DNA of 64,000 bases from a virus. The stretch is taken from IMG/VR virus record IMGVR_UViG_3300027833_003138, positions 64,001 through 128,000 of that record; one strand, written 5' to 3'. Below, in pieces: positions 18,776 to 28,765 of the stretch; positions within the stretch are counted from its first letter, which is position 1; each line of letters begins with the position of its first letter. The translations under genes were made by a program, and so were the position numbers. The notes beneath the pieces were generated by a model. That model made no database searches. It had not been told where the DNA came from and was given only the letters and a program-made list of their open reading frames with translations.

Positions 18776-19063
18776 ATGGAAGCAGAAGACATTTTTAAAA
18801 AATGTTGCCACAGGAATACGGTTTCCCTTTTTAAGGGTTTCCTCGTTATGCTTGAGGATTTACATAAGGAGCATCAAATTAATTTTAATAAATTAAGAAA
18901 TAATTTGCCAGAGGGTTGCGTGCCAGTTGTGGATCAAGCTGACTACTTCAGTTTAGATAAGTTGCAGCACCTAAGAAAAAGAACTTTAGATATTGGCAAT
19001 GAAACTATTAGAAATATCGAAATGGATTTAGATAATTATACCATAGGCTTTACATTTAAATAA
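18776..19063 (+). CDS. hypothetical protein
   Basis: Start moved to ATG 18776 (MEAEDIF); first gene of the plus-strand tail operon. Confidence 0.7.
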   Translation: MEAEDIFKKCCHRNTVSLFKGFLVMLEDLHKEHQINFNKLRNNLPEGCVPVVDQADYFSLDKLQHLRKRTLDIGNETIRNIEMDLDNYTIGFTFK

Positions 19064-19072
19064 AATAAAATT

Positions 19073-19882
19073 ATGTCAGACACAGCAACCCCAACAATAA
19101 ACGATACCCGCAAAAAACTGCGTGAAATTTACAGCTTCACTTTTGAAAAAGAAGAGAAGGTCAAGAAAACAGAGACGAGCAAAGTCAAGAACGAAGAAAC
19201 CGGCGAAGAGGAAGAAGTTTCTGTAACCAAGGAAGTGGTTGAGCCAATTCCTTATCGACTCATAATGAAGCAGCCAACTCGCAGACAAATAGAAGATGCC
19301 GAATTGGAATTTAGTGTCGAAATGAGTAATTGTATAAAGCGAGGAATTTTAACAAAAGCCATGCTCGCAAAAAAATACAGCGATACAGGTGGACTGCTTG
19401 CGGAAGAGGACGCAAAAGCTCTGACAAAAATGTACGTAAGGTATGGAGAATTCTCCCAGGAAAGCGAAAAGATTCAGATAAAAAATGTTAAAACAGAAAA
19501 GGATACAGCGCGATTAAAGGAAATCGCTGGAGAGATAGCTCTTTTAAGGAAAGATATTATTAATGTCGAGACTTCATATTCTAACCTTTTCAACCACACC
19601 GCTGACGTAAGAGCCGAGAATAAAGTTATTCAATGGTATATTTTAAATCTCACTTTTGTTCAGAAGTCTGACGAAGAGGAAATATCTCCTTTATTTGAGG
19701 GTCGCGATTTTGAGCAAAAGCTTCAAACTTATTACGAGCTTGAGGAGGAGGGGAACGATCTTTATGATATAGTCGGAGGAAAGGTTGCCGCATTTTTTAG
19801 CTTTTGGTATTACAGTTCTGGCGCAGTTTCGAAACTAGATTTCGAAAAGCTAGACAAAGATATCGAGGACGGTAGTATTTAA
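19073..19882 (+). CDS. tail assembly chaperone-like protein
   Basis: Acidic helical protein two genes upstream of the tape measure; call by synteny. Confidence 0.5.
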   Translation: MSDTATPTINDTRKKLREIYSFTFEKEEKVKKTETSKVKNEETGEEEEVSVTKEVVEPIPYRLIMKQPTRRQIEDAELEFSVEMSNCIKRGILTKAMLAKKYSDTGGLLAEEDAKALTKMYVRYGEFSQESEKIQIKNVKTEKDTARLKEIAGEIALLRKDIINVETSYSNLFNHTADVRAENKVIQWYILNLTFVQKSDEEEISPLFEGRDFEQKLQTYYELEEEGNDLYDIVGGKVAAFFSFWYYSSGAVSKLDFEKLDKDIEDGSI

Positions 19883-19887
19883 TATAT

Positions 19888-20874
19888 GTGGAAGCGGTCA
19901 AGCGCAGAAAGATATTTAGGGATGTAGTTAGAGGTTACTCTTCCACAATTCTTGACGAGGACTTTGTTTACATCAAGCACTTGACTCCGCACGACCAAGT
20001 AGAGCTTGAAGAGATAGAGGAAAAATATTTTAACGCAGCCCTTCGTCGGGGCGTGCCCACAGAAGAAGAGATGCTTGCTTTTTTAAAAGAAGAGGGAGAC
20101 TGGGGAGACAAGGACGAAAAATTCATAGAGGATAAGGAGTATTTTCTTGAAACTTTAAAGACCGCCAAAACAAAAATGGTTATCAAGAACCAGATTGACA
20201 AGCAAGAAAAAACAATAGAAGAAGAAACCCTCGCACTGAATCAAAAACTCGCTCAGAGGATGTCTCTTGTTGGAAACACTTGCGAGAAATATGCAAAAGA
20301 TAGATTAAATGATTTTTATATGATTAAAAGTTTTTATAAAGATAAAGATTTATTGATTCCTTTATTTGGTGAAGATGAATTTGATGAATTAGAGAATCAA
20401 GATTTAAAGAAAATAGTTTCTCGTTATAACGATGTCTTTAAGAGCTTTAATGAAGAAAATATACAATATACTATATTAGAAGATTTTTATAATCCATATT
20501 TAAGTTTTGCTGAAGATAGTATGCAATTTTATGGAAAGCCGTTTTGTGATTTAACATACAATCAAATAAGATTAATTGTATATACTAGAGTATTTAAAAA
20601 TATATTTGATAATAATGAAAATATACCAGAGAATATAAGAAAAGATCCCGCGAAACTGTTAGACTTTGGAGGCTCCTCAAAAGAAGAGCGAGACAAAGCC
20701 AAAGACAAACTAAATCAAGGTAGCGCTGGAACTCTAGTTGGGGCTAAGGATGAGGATTATGAGTATCTTGGGGTGGACAAGCCTAAGGGAGGAGTAAGTC
20801 TTCACGAAGAAGCCAAAAAGAAGGGCGGAACTTTAAATATGGAAGATTTAATGAAATTGCATGGAGTAGGATAG
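19888..20874 (+). CDS. tail assembly chaperone-like protein
   Basis: Acidic helical protein immediately upstream of tape measure; GTG start. Confidence 0.5.
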   Translation: MEAVKRRKIFRDVVRGYSSTILDEDFVYIKHLTPHDQVELEEIEEKYFNAALRRGVPTEEEMLAFLKEEGDWGDKDEKFIEDKEYFLETLKTAKTKMVIKNQIDKQEKTIEEETLALNQKLAQRMSLVGNTCEKYAKDRLNDFYMIKSFYKDKDLLIPLFGEDEFDELENQDLKKIVSRYNDVFKSFNEENIQYTILEDFYNPYLSFAEDSMQFYGKPFCDLTYNQIRLIVYTRVFKNIFDNNENIPENIRKDPAKLLDFGGSSKEERDKAKDKLNQGSAGTLVGAKDEDYEYLGVDKPKGGVSLHEEAKKKGGTLNMEDLMKLHGVG

Positions 20875-20879
20875 TTTTG

Positions 20880-20884
20880 GTGTA
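20880..20884 (+). promoter_or_regulatory. GTGTA motif upstream of tape measure
   Basis: In a 38-nt intergenic gap, followed by TAAGG and ATG 20913. Confidence 0.55.
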
Positions 20885-20912
20885 TTAATACCTTATAACG
20901 GAATAAGGTAAT

Positions 20913-23900
20913 ATGTCTATAAATCTCAATGTAACAGGTAATACGCAACCGCTTGAAGCGGCTGTTCAAGCGGCTGTAAACCGTATTCGCAAAACACCGA
21001 TCAAAATAACGGTGGACGACAAGGGAGCTACTCAGCCGCTTGGAAATATGAAACGCGGAGCTGATGAGTTTAGCAAATCTATGGAAGCTGCTAACGCTCG
21101 TATCATTGCGTTTGGCGCAAGTATGGCGATAATAAATGGAGTAGCTGACGGCTTTAAGGCCTTAGTTAAAAATGTTGTTGAAGTCGAAAAAGCCCTTGCC
21201 GATATCAATGTAGTGATGAATTTATCTACAGCGAATTTAGAAAAATTCTCAAACGGCTTGTTTAAAACCGCCAAGGAAACTGGAGCAGCTTTTAACGTTG
21301 CCGCTGAAGCAGCTACCGAATATGCTCGTCAAGGCTTGACAATGGAAGAGTCTTTAAAAAGAACTCGAGACGCTCTTATTTTGACCCGATTAACTGGAAT
21401 GGATTCTGCAAATGCAGTAAAAGCTTTAACTGCAGCCATGAATACTTATGGAGATCAAATAAAAGACACTACTCAGTTGGTAAGTAAGTTTGCCGCTGTT
21501 GATGTTAAATTTGCGGTTAGCGCTGAGGACTTTGCGGATGCTATATCTCGTACTGGACAAGCAGCAAGAAGCGCTGGAGTAGATATTGATGAATTGGTTG
21601 GTCTTGTTACTGCGGCTCAGCAGAAAACCGCTCGAGGTGGTAAAGTAATCGGAAACTCATTTAAAACAATTTTCACAAGAATAGGAAGAACAGACACTTT
21701 AAATCAATTGGAAAATCTGGGTATCGCTGTAAGAGATTTGGAAGGCAATACGATTGGCGCAAGAAGAATTTTAACCGATCTCGCTAACACTTTTGATCAT
21801 CTTACGGAATCTCAAAAAGCACAAATAGCTCAGACGGTTGGTGGAGTTTTTCAAATCAATATATTAAAAGCTGTGTTGAGTGACGCTGCAAAGCAAAACG
21901 GTATACTTGCAAACGCTACTCAAATCTCTGCAGGGGCCACCACAGAAGCTATAGACAAAAACGATCAATTAAGGCAGACCATGTCTGCAATGGCCACAGA
22001 AACCGGACTAGCTTTAAAGGAATTAAGTGCACAGATTGGAGAAATTATGCTTGCTCCGGGAATGGAAAAGGTTTTGAATGTTTTTAAGGGACTGGCTGAA
22101 GGAGCAAATGAAATGCTTGGCGGTGGAGAATCCACTGGTAGCGATTTCGCTCAAGGTTTTTTAAAGGGCTTGGGTAATATCATAACTGGTCCAGGGTTGG
22201 TCGTTATTTCCGCAGTATTTATAAAGTTATTTGCTAAAGCTTTGGTTTATGCGAATCAAAGTCTGCAATCTTTAATTGGGGTAACAAGCGAAGCTCATAA
22301 ACAAAAAGCAATACAAACTTCTCTTGTTACTTTATTTGGGCAAAACGCAGCGATAAGCAAGGAAATGTTGCGAACCGATATTTCAAGAACGGAAAAGGAA
22401 AAAATAATCCTTGGACTCTTGAAGGCTCAAGTTGTTGAAGCTAACATGTTGAACTCTGTATCAAAAAGCGTTGCTTCTAGTTTATACACGAAAGGTTACA
22501 ATGCAAGCCTTGCCCCTCGAAAGGGAAGAGCGGGCGGACACATTCCAAATTTTGCAGATCCAGAACGCGAGCAAGCTGCGCGAGGTGGATATGCGGCTGG
22601 AACAATTCGTTCGATGAATATGCCTGGCGAAGGCTCGGTGATATATAACAGCGCAGAAAAAGTAAAGAATTTTAAGGGGATGAGTCAACCTGCGATCATG
22701 CCTCCTCATTCAAGCAAAGCTGGAAAAAATTATCAACAAGCATTTGGTAGTATACATGGATTCGATCCATATGCAGCAGGAGGGTATATACCGAACTATG
22801 CGAGAGTAAAAGATGTTCCAAATACTTATATGGATGTCCGAGCTTTTAAACAATTCGCAGGAATAAGAACTGGCGCTTCCTCGAGTAATACTAAGGCCAC
22901 GGGAGCATATAACACCCTTCGTCAATACGCAGAAACAAATAAACTTCAAAATTTATCTCCGGCAGCGCTTGTAAAGTCTTATAAAGGAAGCCAAACCCTA
23001 AAGAGCCCAAAAAAGTCTTTAGCCGCAATGCTTGTTCCCCCTGAAGGTTATAGTGGCAAGCCTTTTGCTAGCTACAGCGATCTTACGTGGCCAGTCTATT
23101 CCTTAAGGCCTGACGCTCAAACCGACCCATCTTTAAGCAAAATGGTTGAGGGTGACTTCAAGTCGACGGGAAGTAAGTATGCTTCAAGAATCTCCAAAGT
23201 TCTAGAGAGGGGGCCAGTTAGTGAAAGTAAGATTTGGAAAACTATGCAGTCGGACACTGCTGGCGGAGCAAAAGGAGCATGGAAAGCTGCGGTAGGAGCT
23301 TTATTTGAAGCCGCAGTTAATTCCGCTTTAGATTATAGAAGTAAAGGGAGAGGTAAGGATGAGGGAGACTTCGATGTTCGAGGTGGGGATATAGGGATAT
23401 TGTCAACAGCTTTTGATGGTTTTCCTGAGGGTATGACATTAGCCGATTACAAAAGCGATGACCGAAGTCCAGGAAATAAAGCTTCTTTTAGAAAAAAAGT
23501 ACTTAAGCAACTTAAATTTAATAAATCCCAACAGCAAAACAAACTCAAACCAGGAAATTACGCCTCGGGGTTTATACCTAACTTCGCCGCAGCACGGCTA
23601 GCTCTCACGGGTGGATTGGTTGGAAAAAACAAATTTGGCAATATAGATCGCAGGCAGATGACAAGACTGGTAAGATCTAATCCTTACTTCAACGGCTTGA
23701 TGAATGAACATCTTACATGGGACAGTTTTCCGAAAAAAGATAAGCGTAAATTAAGCGGGTGGCTACTCAAACAAGGGGTGTCTAACCGAGCCTTGCAAGC
23801 GTATGGTCTTGCAAGCATGCATTCAAAATCGATCGGAGAGGGAATCTCAAACTTAGCTATGGCGAAAGGCTTTATTCCCAACTTTGCTAACCCATTATCA

Positions 23901-26900
23901 GATGCAATAGGTCGAGAGAAAGCTGCAGGGGTTCCTGTTTCACAAATTCGTGTTGGCTCACACGGCGCGCTCATGGGTAAGAGTAACCCCCTCGGCCTCG
24001 GCGTAACCAATACGCAAGACGAACCAAATGGTCTGCGCGATGTAATTGGTGCAGCAGGCGGGTTTGTGCCGAATTATGCAGAGCCCGGCTTCCAAAGAAC
24101 AGATGTAAACATTAAAGGCAGGAGAAAGCAAGATAAGCTTGTCGAAAAATTAAATCGAGAGCTAGAAAAGTATACAAACGCCTTTAAAAAAGGTCAACTC
24201 TCTCAGAAAAACTTAACCCAAGGAATAAAAAACCTTAATCAAAAATACGGCTTAAGCGAACAAACACAAAAGAGAGTCTTGAAAGAGACGAACAACTCTA
24301 TAACTGCAACTCAAAAACTTAATGCAGCAAGACTAAGTACTACAAAAGCTTTAAGCGGCGGCGCCAAGGGAGCTATGGGGCTATGGGGAAAGGCGAACTC
24401 GAAAATAGAATCGTCCGCTTTAGGTAAAGGTTTAAGCTCCACAGGCGGCCAAATGGGCTTGATGATGGGAGCCCCTATGCTCGCTGGAATGCTTCAAGGC
24501 GACGGAATTGGAACAGTAAGCGACACTAGTTATAAAGCGGGAGGGGTTGCTCAGGGGTTGGGCACTGGCGCCGCAATGGGTATGATGTTTGGACCGTTAG
24601 GTACTATTGTGGGGGGTACTATTGGTGCTTTTAAGGGTCTTGTGGACGCATCCAACGAACTCAAGGAAGCTCAAGAAAAAGCCATTAAAATTGCTAGAGA
24701 ATCAAGCGTTCAGACTGGCGCTGCTCTCGGCCAATCATTAGCTCCCGCTTTAGCTAAAACAGATTTTGGAAAAGGCGGTGCGGTCAATTTTTCTTTTGCA
24801 GGAAAGCAAAGAGAATTAGATCTAGATAGCCCTAATCAGTTATCCACACGAAACGTCGAAGCGGGGCGATTTGGTATGAAAATGGGAGAAAATGTTAGGA
24901 GTCAAATGTTGGGTGGCTTAGATTTTGATTTAAAAAAATTGGTTGATGATTCGCGTGGGGGAAGATCTTTTGCTGAGCTTTCTAAAAATTTGTCTAAAGC
25001 TGGCTTAAGTGGAACGGTGGTAGATAAAGAATTTTTAAAGGACGCTTTGTATGAAGAATATGATCCGGACTCAGAGTATGGAAAAACAAAAGCGAGAGGT
25101 GGGCCAGAAGCAATTAAAAGAATTGAAGATCAGATCCTAGCTCAAATGGGGTCTGCTGCTAGGCCTGAAGCAATTAAGGCCGCATTAGATCAATTACCCG
25201 CTGATATGAAAATTCAAACTGCAGCGCTAGAAAAAGGCTCAACCGCAGGAGGGAGGTTCTTTGACAAAGGCGCTCTCGAATATTTTACTCCCGAAGAATT
25301 AAAAAGACAAATCGACAAAGGTGACATTACGCAGGTCGCAAAAGCTTATGAAGATATTTTAAAACAAATCGACACCCAGAAAGAGGTAAACGCAGAAAAT
25401 AATAAAGCCGTAATCCTCCAACTCAATGCTCAACGAGCAATGGTAGCCGCTCAGCAAGAGACTCGGGATATACAATTCAATATAAAATCTTCATATGCAA
25501 AAATCGGCAGCTCATTGTCTTTGCAAGCTAAAATCATGGGTAATTTTGCTACCGAGCAACAAAAAGCTCAATTAGATTATACAAAAGCAATCAACAAGGC
25601 TGCGCAATCATATGCTACCGGAGCTCAATCAGAGCAGGGTAAATACAGACAAGGTATGCTCGCTTTCTCTAAAAACGATAATATTGCTTCTGCTTTAAAA
25701 ACAAGCTTAGCTCGGAAAAATTTAGTAGAACAGGCTGAACGTTCAGAAGATTTAGCTGGTCAATTTCCTAAGGACTCAGCAATCGAGGCAAAGGCTGAAC
25801 AGATAGATTTAACAAATGAACTAATTAAACTATCAAATGAAGAATTATACGCAGAATTAAAAAAAGCAAATTTAAACACCGTGCAACTTCAAGCACTCGA
25901 AGACTACAAAAACAGCAAAGAAAAAAATATTGAATTATTAGTAAAAGAATTAGACCTATCCAACTCAATTGCAGAAAGTGAAAAGATAATAAATGATGCT
26001 ATTGCAAGAAGAAAAGATTTAATTGCCGATGCGTCCACCGCAATTGGCATGTCTGATAAGCAACTCGCCCATAATCAAAAAATGCGAAGTTTTGCTGATA
26101 AGCTTGCCGCAGCGCAGAGATTAACCGCTTTTGGACCAGGATTTAAAACAGGAAAAGAGCAAGAAGATTTTAAAATGAAAGAAAAGCAATTTACTCTCGC
26201 AAGTTCCGCTATAACTTTAAGAAAAAATGCTAAATCTGCGGTCAATAAAAAAATAAAAGAACGCACCGATCTCGAACTGCAACAACAGACAGCTCAAGAA
26301 AGAATCACGGCTCTGAAAGGGGGCGCCGAGTCAACTATCGAAAACGAGCAAAAAAAGTTAGAGGCGCTTCTTATTAAACAGCAACAGAATCTTGCTTTTA
26401 TAGATCATGAAATAAAAAACATTAACGAATCAACAGAGGTTGAAATATCAAATGCCCAAAAACTCTTAGAAGAAGAGAAAAAAAGATTAAAACTTAAGAG
26501 GGAATACGAAACCGGACCTGGCGCAATGCGTAATGGAGCTCGCGATGCTCAAAAAAGAATTGTTGAGCAGGCTGAAACGATGGAGCTTAGGCTCGGAGGT
26601 GAATTAACAAATCAATTTAGAGACGGCCTTGTTGACGGTATGCAAGCAGCAATAAATAAAGCCGATGACTTGAGCGATGTTATGAATAATATTGCAATGA
26701 ATTTTCTTGGAGCAATTCAACAAGCTTATCTTGGTAAAGCCGCCGATGCAATCGTTGGAGCTTTACCGTTTTCTAGCGGAGGAGGAGTAAGAAAATATTC
26801 TAAAGGAGGCGGAGTTCCTGCAATGGTTACTAATGGCGAATATGTAATGGGTCGCGACGCTGTGAAAAAATACGGTGGCGGATTTATGCATAGATTAAAC

Positions 26901-27881
26901 GCAGGCGGAAAACTTCCAGGTTATTCAACTGGAGGTAAGCCAGACGAGCCTCAGCCAGGATCCGCTCTCGCTTCAAACTTTGGAGGAGGAGAAGGTTACA
27001 ACACAGGAAGAAGATATCAATCTCAAGCAATGTCTGGATTTTTCTACAGCGGACAAGCTGGGAACGTAGGACTTCAAGAAGATACTCAATATACAAAAGG
27101 TATCATTCAAGAAAGAATGAGAAAGGAAGCTGAGAAAAAAGCCAAAAAAAGAGCTTTAATGCAAATGATCGTAGGTACCGCTCTGAGTGTTGGAATTGGA
27201 TCTCTCGCTAACGCCGGAATTGGGGCAATGGCAGAATCTGGAGCCTTAGGGGGAGGAGCTCAACAGCAAGCCTTATTGAAAGCTGCTCCAGAGGGAACTT
27301 TTGGCCCAATGGACCCTAGTTCCGCTAGAAGATATGGAGGTTTCAGCGCACGCTTAAATCAAAACTTTGGGGGTAATGGATCATGGTCTTGGAACAAGAG
27401 TGAGCAGGATGGGTTCTCGAGCCAAGACCTAAGAAGCTTGCAGCCAGATTTTTTTCGTGGAGGAAGAGTGGGTAAATACGCCAACGGCGGCCACATAGCT
27501 GGCAAGTCTGGCATCGATCAAATTCCCGCAATGCTCAGCGAAGGAGAGTATGTAATTCGCGCAAGTAGCGCTCGACAGCTCGGCAAACCAATGCTCGACC
27601 GAATAAATGCAGGAAAATTCAATGATGGTGGAGCAGTGACCCCCTTAACAGAAAACTCAGAAACTGGAACTTCTGGCGGAAATACAAATAATATTAATAT
27701 AACGGTTAATATGGACAAGGGAAGTGGGAAATCAGAAAAAAAGGATGATAAAGCAGGAGCCAATCCAAAAGACTCGTCAGAAGATCAAGAAAAAAGCACG
27801 CAGTTGGCGGAAAAAGTAAAACAACAAGTTATTTCTGTGATAATGGACGAGCAGCGACCAGGAGGCTTGTTGAGTGACTGA
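20913..27881 (+). CDS. tail tape measure protein
   Basis: TP901-type TMP core (EYARQG...TR.ALIL..L.G.D...G..IGNSFKTIF.RI), long Ala/Lys/Gly helical sequence, C-terminal PAML..GEYV motifs and DEQRPGGLL end. Confidence 0.92.
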   Translation: MSINLNVTGNTQPLEAAVQAAVNRIRKTPIKITVDDKGATQPLGNMKRGADEFSKSMEAANARIIAFGASMAIINGVADGFKALVKNVVEVEKALADINVVMNLSTANLEKFSNGLFKTAKETGAAFNVAAEAATEYARQGLTMEESLKRTRDALILTRLTGMDSANAVKALTAAMNTYGDQIKDTTQLVSKFAAVDVKFAVSAEDFADAISRTGQAARSAGVDIDELVGLVTAAQQKTARGGKVIGNSFKTIFTRIGRTDTLNQLENLGIAVRDLEGNTIGARRILTDLANTFDHLTESQKAQIAQTVGGVFQINILKAVLSDAAKQNGILANATQISAGATTEAIDKNDQLRQTMSAMATETGLALKELSAQIGEIMLAPGMEKVLNVFKGLAEGANEMLGGGESTGSDFAQGFLKGLGNIITGPGLVVISAVFIKLFAKALVYANQSLQSLIGVTSEAHKQKAIQTSLVTLFGQNAAISKEMLRTDISRTEKEKIILGLLKAQVVEANMLNSVSKSVASSLYTKGYNASLAPRKGRAGGHIPNFADPEREQAARGGYAAGTIRSMNMPGEGSVIYNSAEKVKNFKGMSQPAIMPPHSSKAGKNYQQAFGSIHGFDPYAAGGYIPNYARVKDVPNTYMDVRAFKQFAGIRTGASSSNTKATGAYNTLRQYAETNKLQNLSPAALVKSYKGSQTLKSPKKSLAAMLVPPEGYSGKPFASYSDLTWPVYSLRPDAQTDPSLSKMVEGDFKSTGSKYASRISKVLERGPVSESKIWKTMQSDTAGGAKGAWKAAVGALFEAAVNSALDYRSKGRGKDEGDFDVRGGDIGILSTAFDGFPEGMTLADYKSDDRSPGNKASFRKKVLKQLKFNKSQQQNKLKPGNYASGFIPNFAAARLALTGGLVGKNKFGNIDRRQMTRLVRSNPYFNGLMNEHLTWDSFPKKDKRKLSGWLLKQGVSNRALQAYGLASMHSKSIGEGISNLAMAKGFIPNFANPLSDAIGREKAAGVPVSQIRVGSHGALMGKSNPLGLGVTNTQDEPNGLRDVIGAAGGFVPNYAEPGFQRTDVNIKGRRKQDKLVEKLNRELEKYTNAFKKGQLSQKNLTQGIKNLNQKYGLSEQTQKRVLKETNNSITATQKLNAARLSTTKALSGGAKGAMGLWGKANSKIESSALGKGLSSTGGQMGLMMGAPMLAGMLQGDGIGTVSDTSYKAGGVAQGLGTGAAMGMMFGPLGTIVGGTIGAFKGLVDASNELKEAQEKAIKIARESSVQTGAALGQSLAPALAKTDFGKGGAVNFSFAGKQRELDLDSPNQLSTRNVEAGRFGMKMGENVRSQMLGGLDFDLKKLVDDSRGGRSFAELSKNLSKAGLSGTVVDKEFLKDALYEEYDPDSEYGKTKARGGPEAIKRIEDQILAQMGSAARPEAIKAALDQLPADMKIQTAALEKGSTAGGRFFDKGALEYFTPEELKRQIDKGDITQVAKAYEDILKQIDTQKEVNAENNKAVILQLNAQRAMVAAQQETRDIQFNIKSSYAKIGSSLSLQAKIMGNFATEQQKAQLDYTKAINKAAQSYATGAQSEQGKYRQGMLAFSKNDNIASALKTSLARKNLVEQAERSEDLAGQFPKDSAIEAKAEQIDLTNELIKLSNEELYAELKKANLNTVQLQALEDYKNSKEKNIELLVKELDLSNSIAESEKIINDAIARRKDLIADASTAIGMSDKQLAHNQKMRSFADKLAAAQRLTAFGPGFKTGKEQEDFKMKEKQFTLASSAITLRKNAKSAVNKKIKERTDLELQQQTAQERITALKGGAESTIENEQKKLEALLIKQQQNLAFIDHEIKNINESTEVEISNAQKLLEEEKKRLKLKREYETGPGAMRNGARDAQKRIVEQAETMELRLGGELTNQFRDGLVDGMQAAINKADDLSDVMNNIAMNFLGAIQQAYLGKAADAIVGALPFSSGGGVRKYSKGGGVPAMVTNGEYVMGRDAVKKYGGGFMHRLNAGGKLPGYSTGGKPDEPQPGSALASNFGGGEGYNTGRRYQSQAMSGFFYSGQAGNVGLQEDTQYTKGIIQERMRKEAEKKAKKRALMQMIVGTALSVGIGSLANAGIGAMAESGALGGGAQQQALLKAAPEGTFGPMDPSSARRYGGFSARLNQNFGGNGSWSWNKSEQDGFSSQDLRSLQPDFFRGGRVGKYANGGHIAGKSGIDQIPAMLSEGEYVIRASSARQLGKPMLDRINAGKFNDGGAVTPLTENSETGTSGGNTNNINITVNMDKGSGKSEKKDDKAGANPKDSSEDQEKSTQLAEKVKQQVISVIMDEQRPGGLLSD

Positions 27882-27883
27882 TC

Positions 27884-28765
27884 ATGACTTTCTCAAATTA
27901 TGAACAAACTATAGTTGTAAACAATACCGCTCTTTCTGGAGTAGTAAATGTTAATGGAAGTTACGGAATAACAGAAAAGCCAATAAAGGTTGCTGGCGTA
28001 GGGTTTATAGACGCTTTTGTTAACGGTCCTCTTGAGGGTAATTTTTCGATTTCAAGAAAGATGGTAAGCAGGGATCCTATACTGGATCTGAATGTAGTCG
28101 GGCAGTACGCCTACGACGAAAATGAAATAAGTGGATCAATTTTATACGACAATAACACAAAGGGTTTTGGGTTTACAAAAGGAAGAATTACTCGTTATTC
28201 AGTCAACTGTACAGTGGGCGATCTTCCTGATATTGAAACTGATATCACTGTATTTGGGGATCTAGGAAGCGGAATATTAATTCAAGAAGCTACCAAGCCT
28301 CATCCACCTATACAATTTACTGACCAGGCCAGTATTTCAATAAACGTAAGCGATTTTTCAACAGACGCAGTAACAGATTTCAGCTTTAGTCGAGCTTTAA
28401 ATTTGCAGCCAATGTATGCAATTCCAAAAGGCACCGAAGCCGAATGGCATGCCGACAGCAAAACCACTTACGAAAATCATGATCCAATACAAATCGATAC
28501 AATTTATCCAATCGAAACGGATATTAATTTTACAATGATTGTAAATGAATACGAAGTAAGACAAACCAAAGATCGTCTCAGAGCGGCTCCAGAAAGCGAT
28601 GTCGTTATTCAAATAAAAGATTCTAAAACAAAAGAAGTTATTAATGCTTTTACTGGCGTTAAGGCTAGATTAATAAGCGAATCTATAACATCCTCGGTCG
28701 AAGGAGAAATGAGTATATCTTTAACTTATAAATCATATGAGACCCTTCATAATCCAGTAATATGA
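27884..28765 (+). CDS. tail tip/tube-like structural protein
   Basis: Follows TMP; Y.VNC.VG.LP and P..TDI.F....NEY resemble tube paralogs. Confidence 0.5.
   Translation: MTFSNYEQTIVVNNTALSGVVNVNGSYGITEKPIKVAGVGFIDAFVNGPLEGNFSISRKMVSRDPILDLNVVGQYAYDENEISGSILYDNNTKGFGFTKGRITRYSVNCTVGDLPDIETDITVFGDLGSGILIQEATKPHPPIQFTDQASISINVSDFSTDAVTDFSFSRALNLQPMYAIPKGTEAEWHADSKTTYENHDPIQIDTIYPIETDINFTMIVNEYEVRQTKDRLRAAPESDVVIQIKDSKTKEVINAFTGVKARLISESITSSVEGEMSISLTYKSYETLHNPVI

Noticed and set aside
19073-20874. G/GT programmed frameshift between tail chaperones
   Set aside because: Genes do not overlap, the second has its own GTG start, and I saw no convincing slippery site at the junction.
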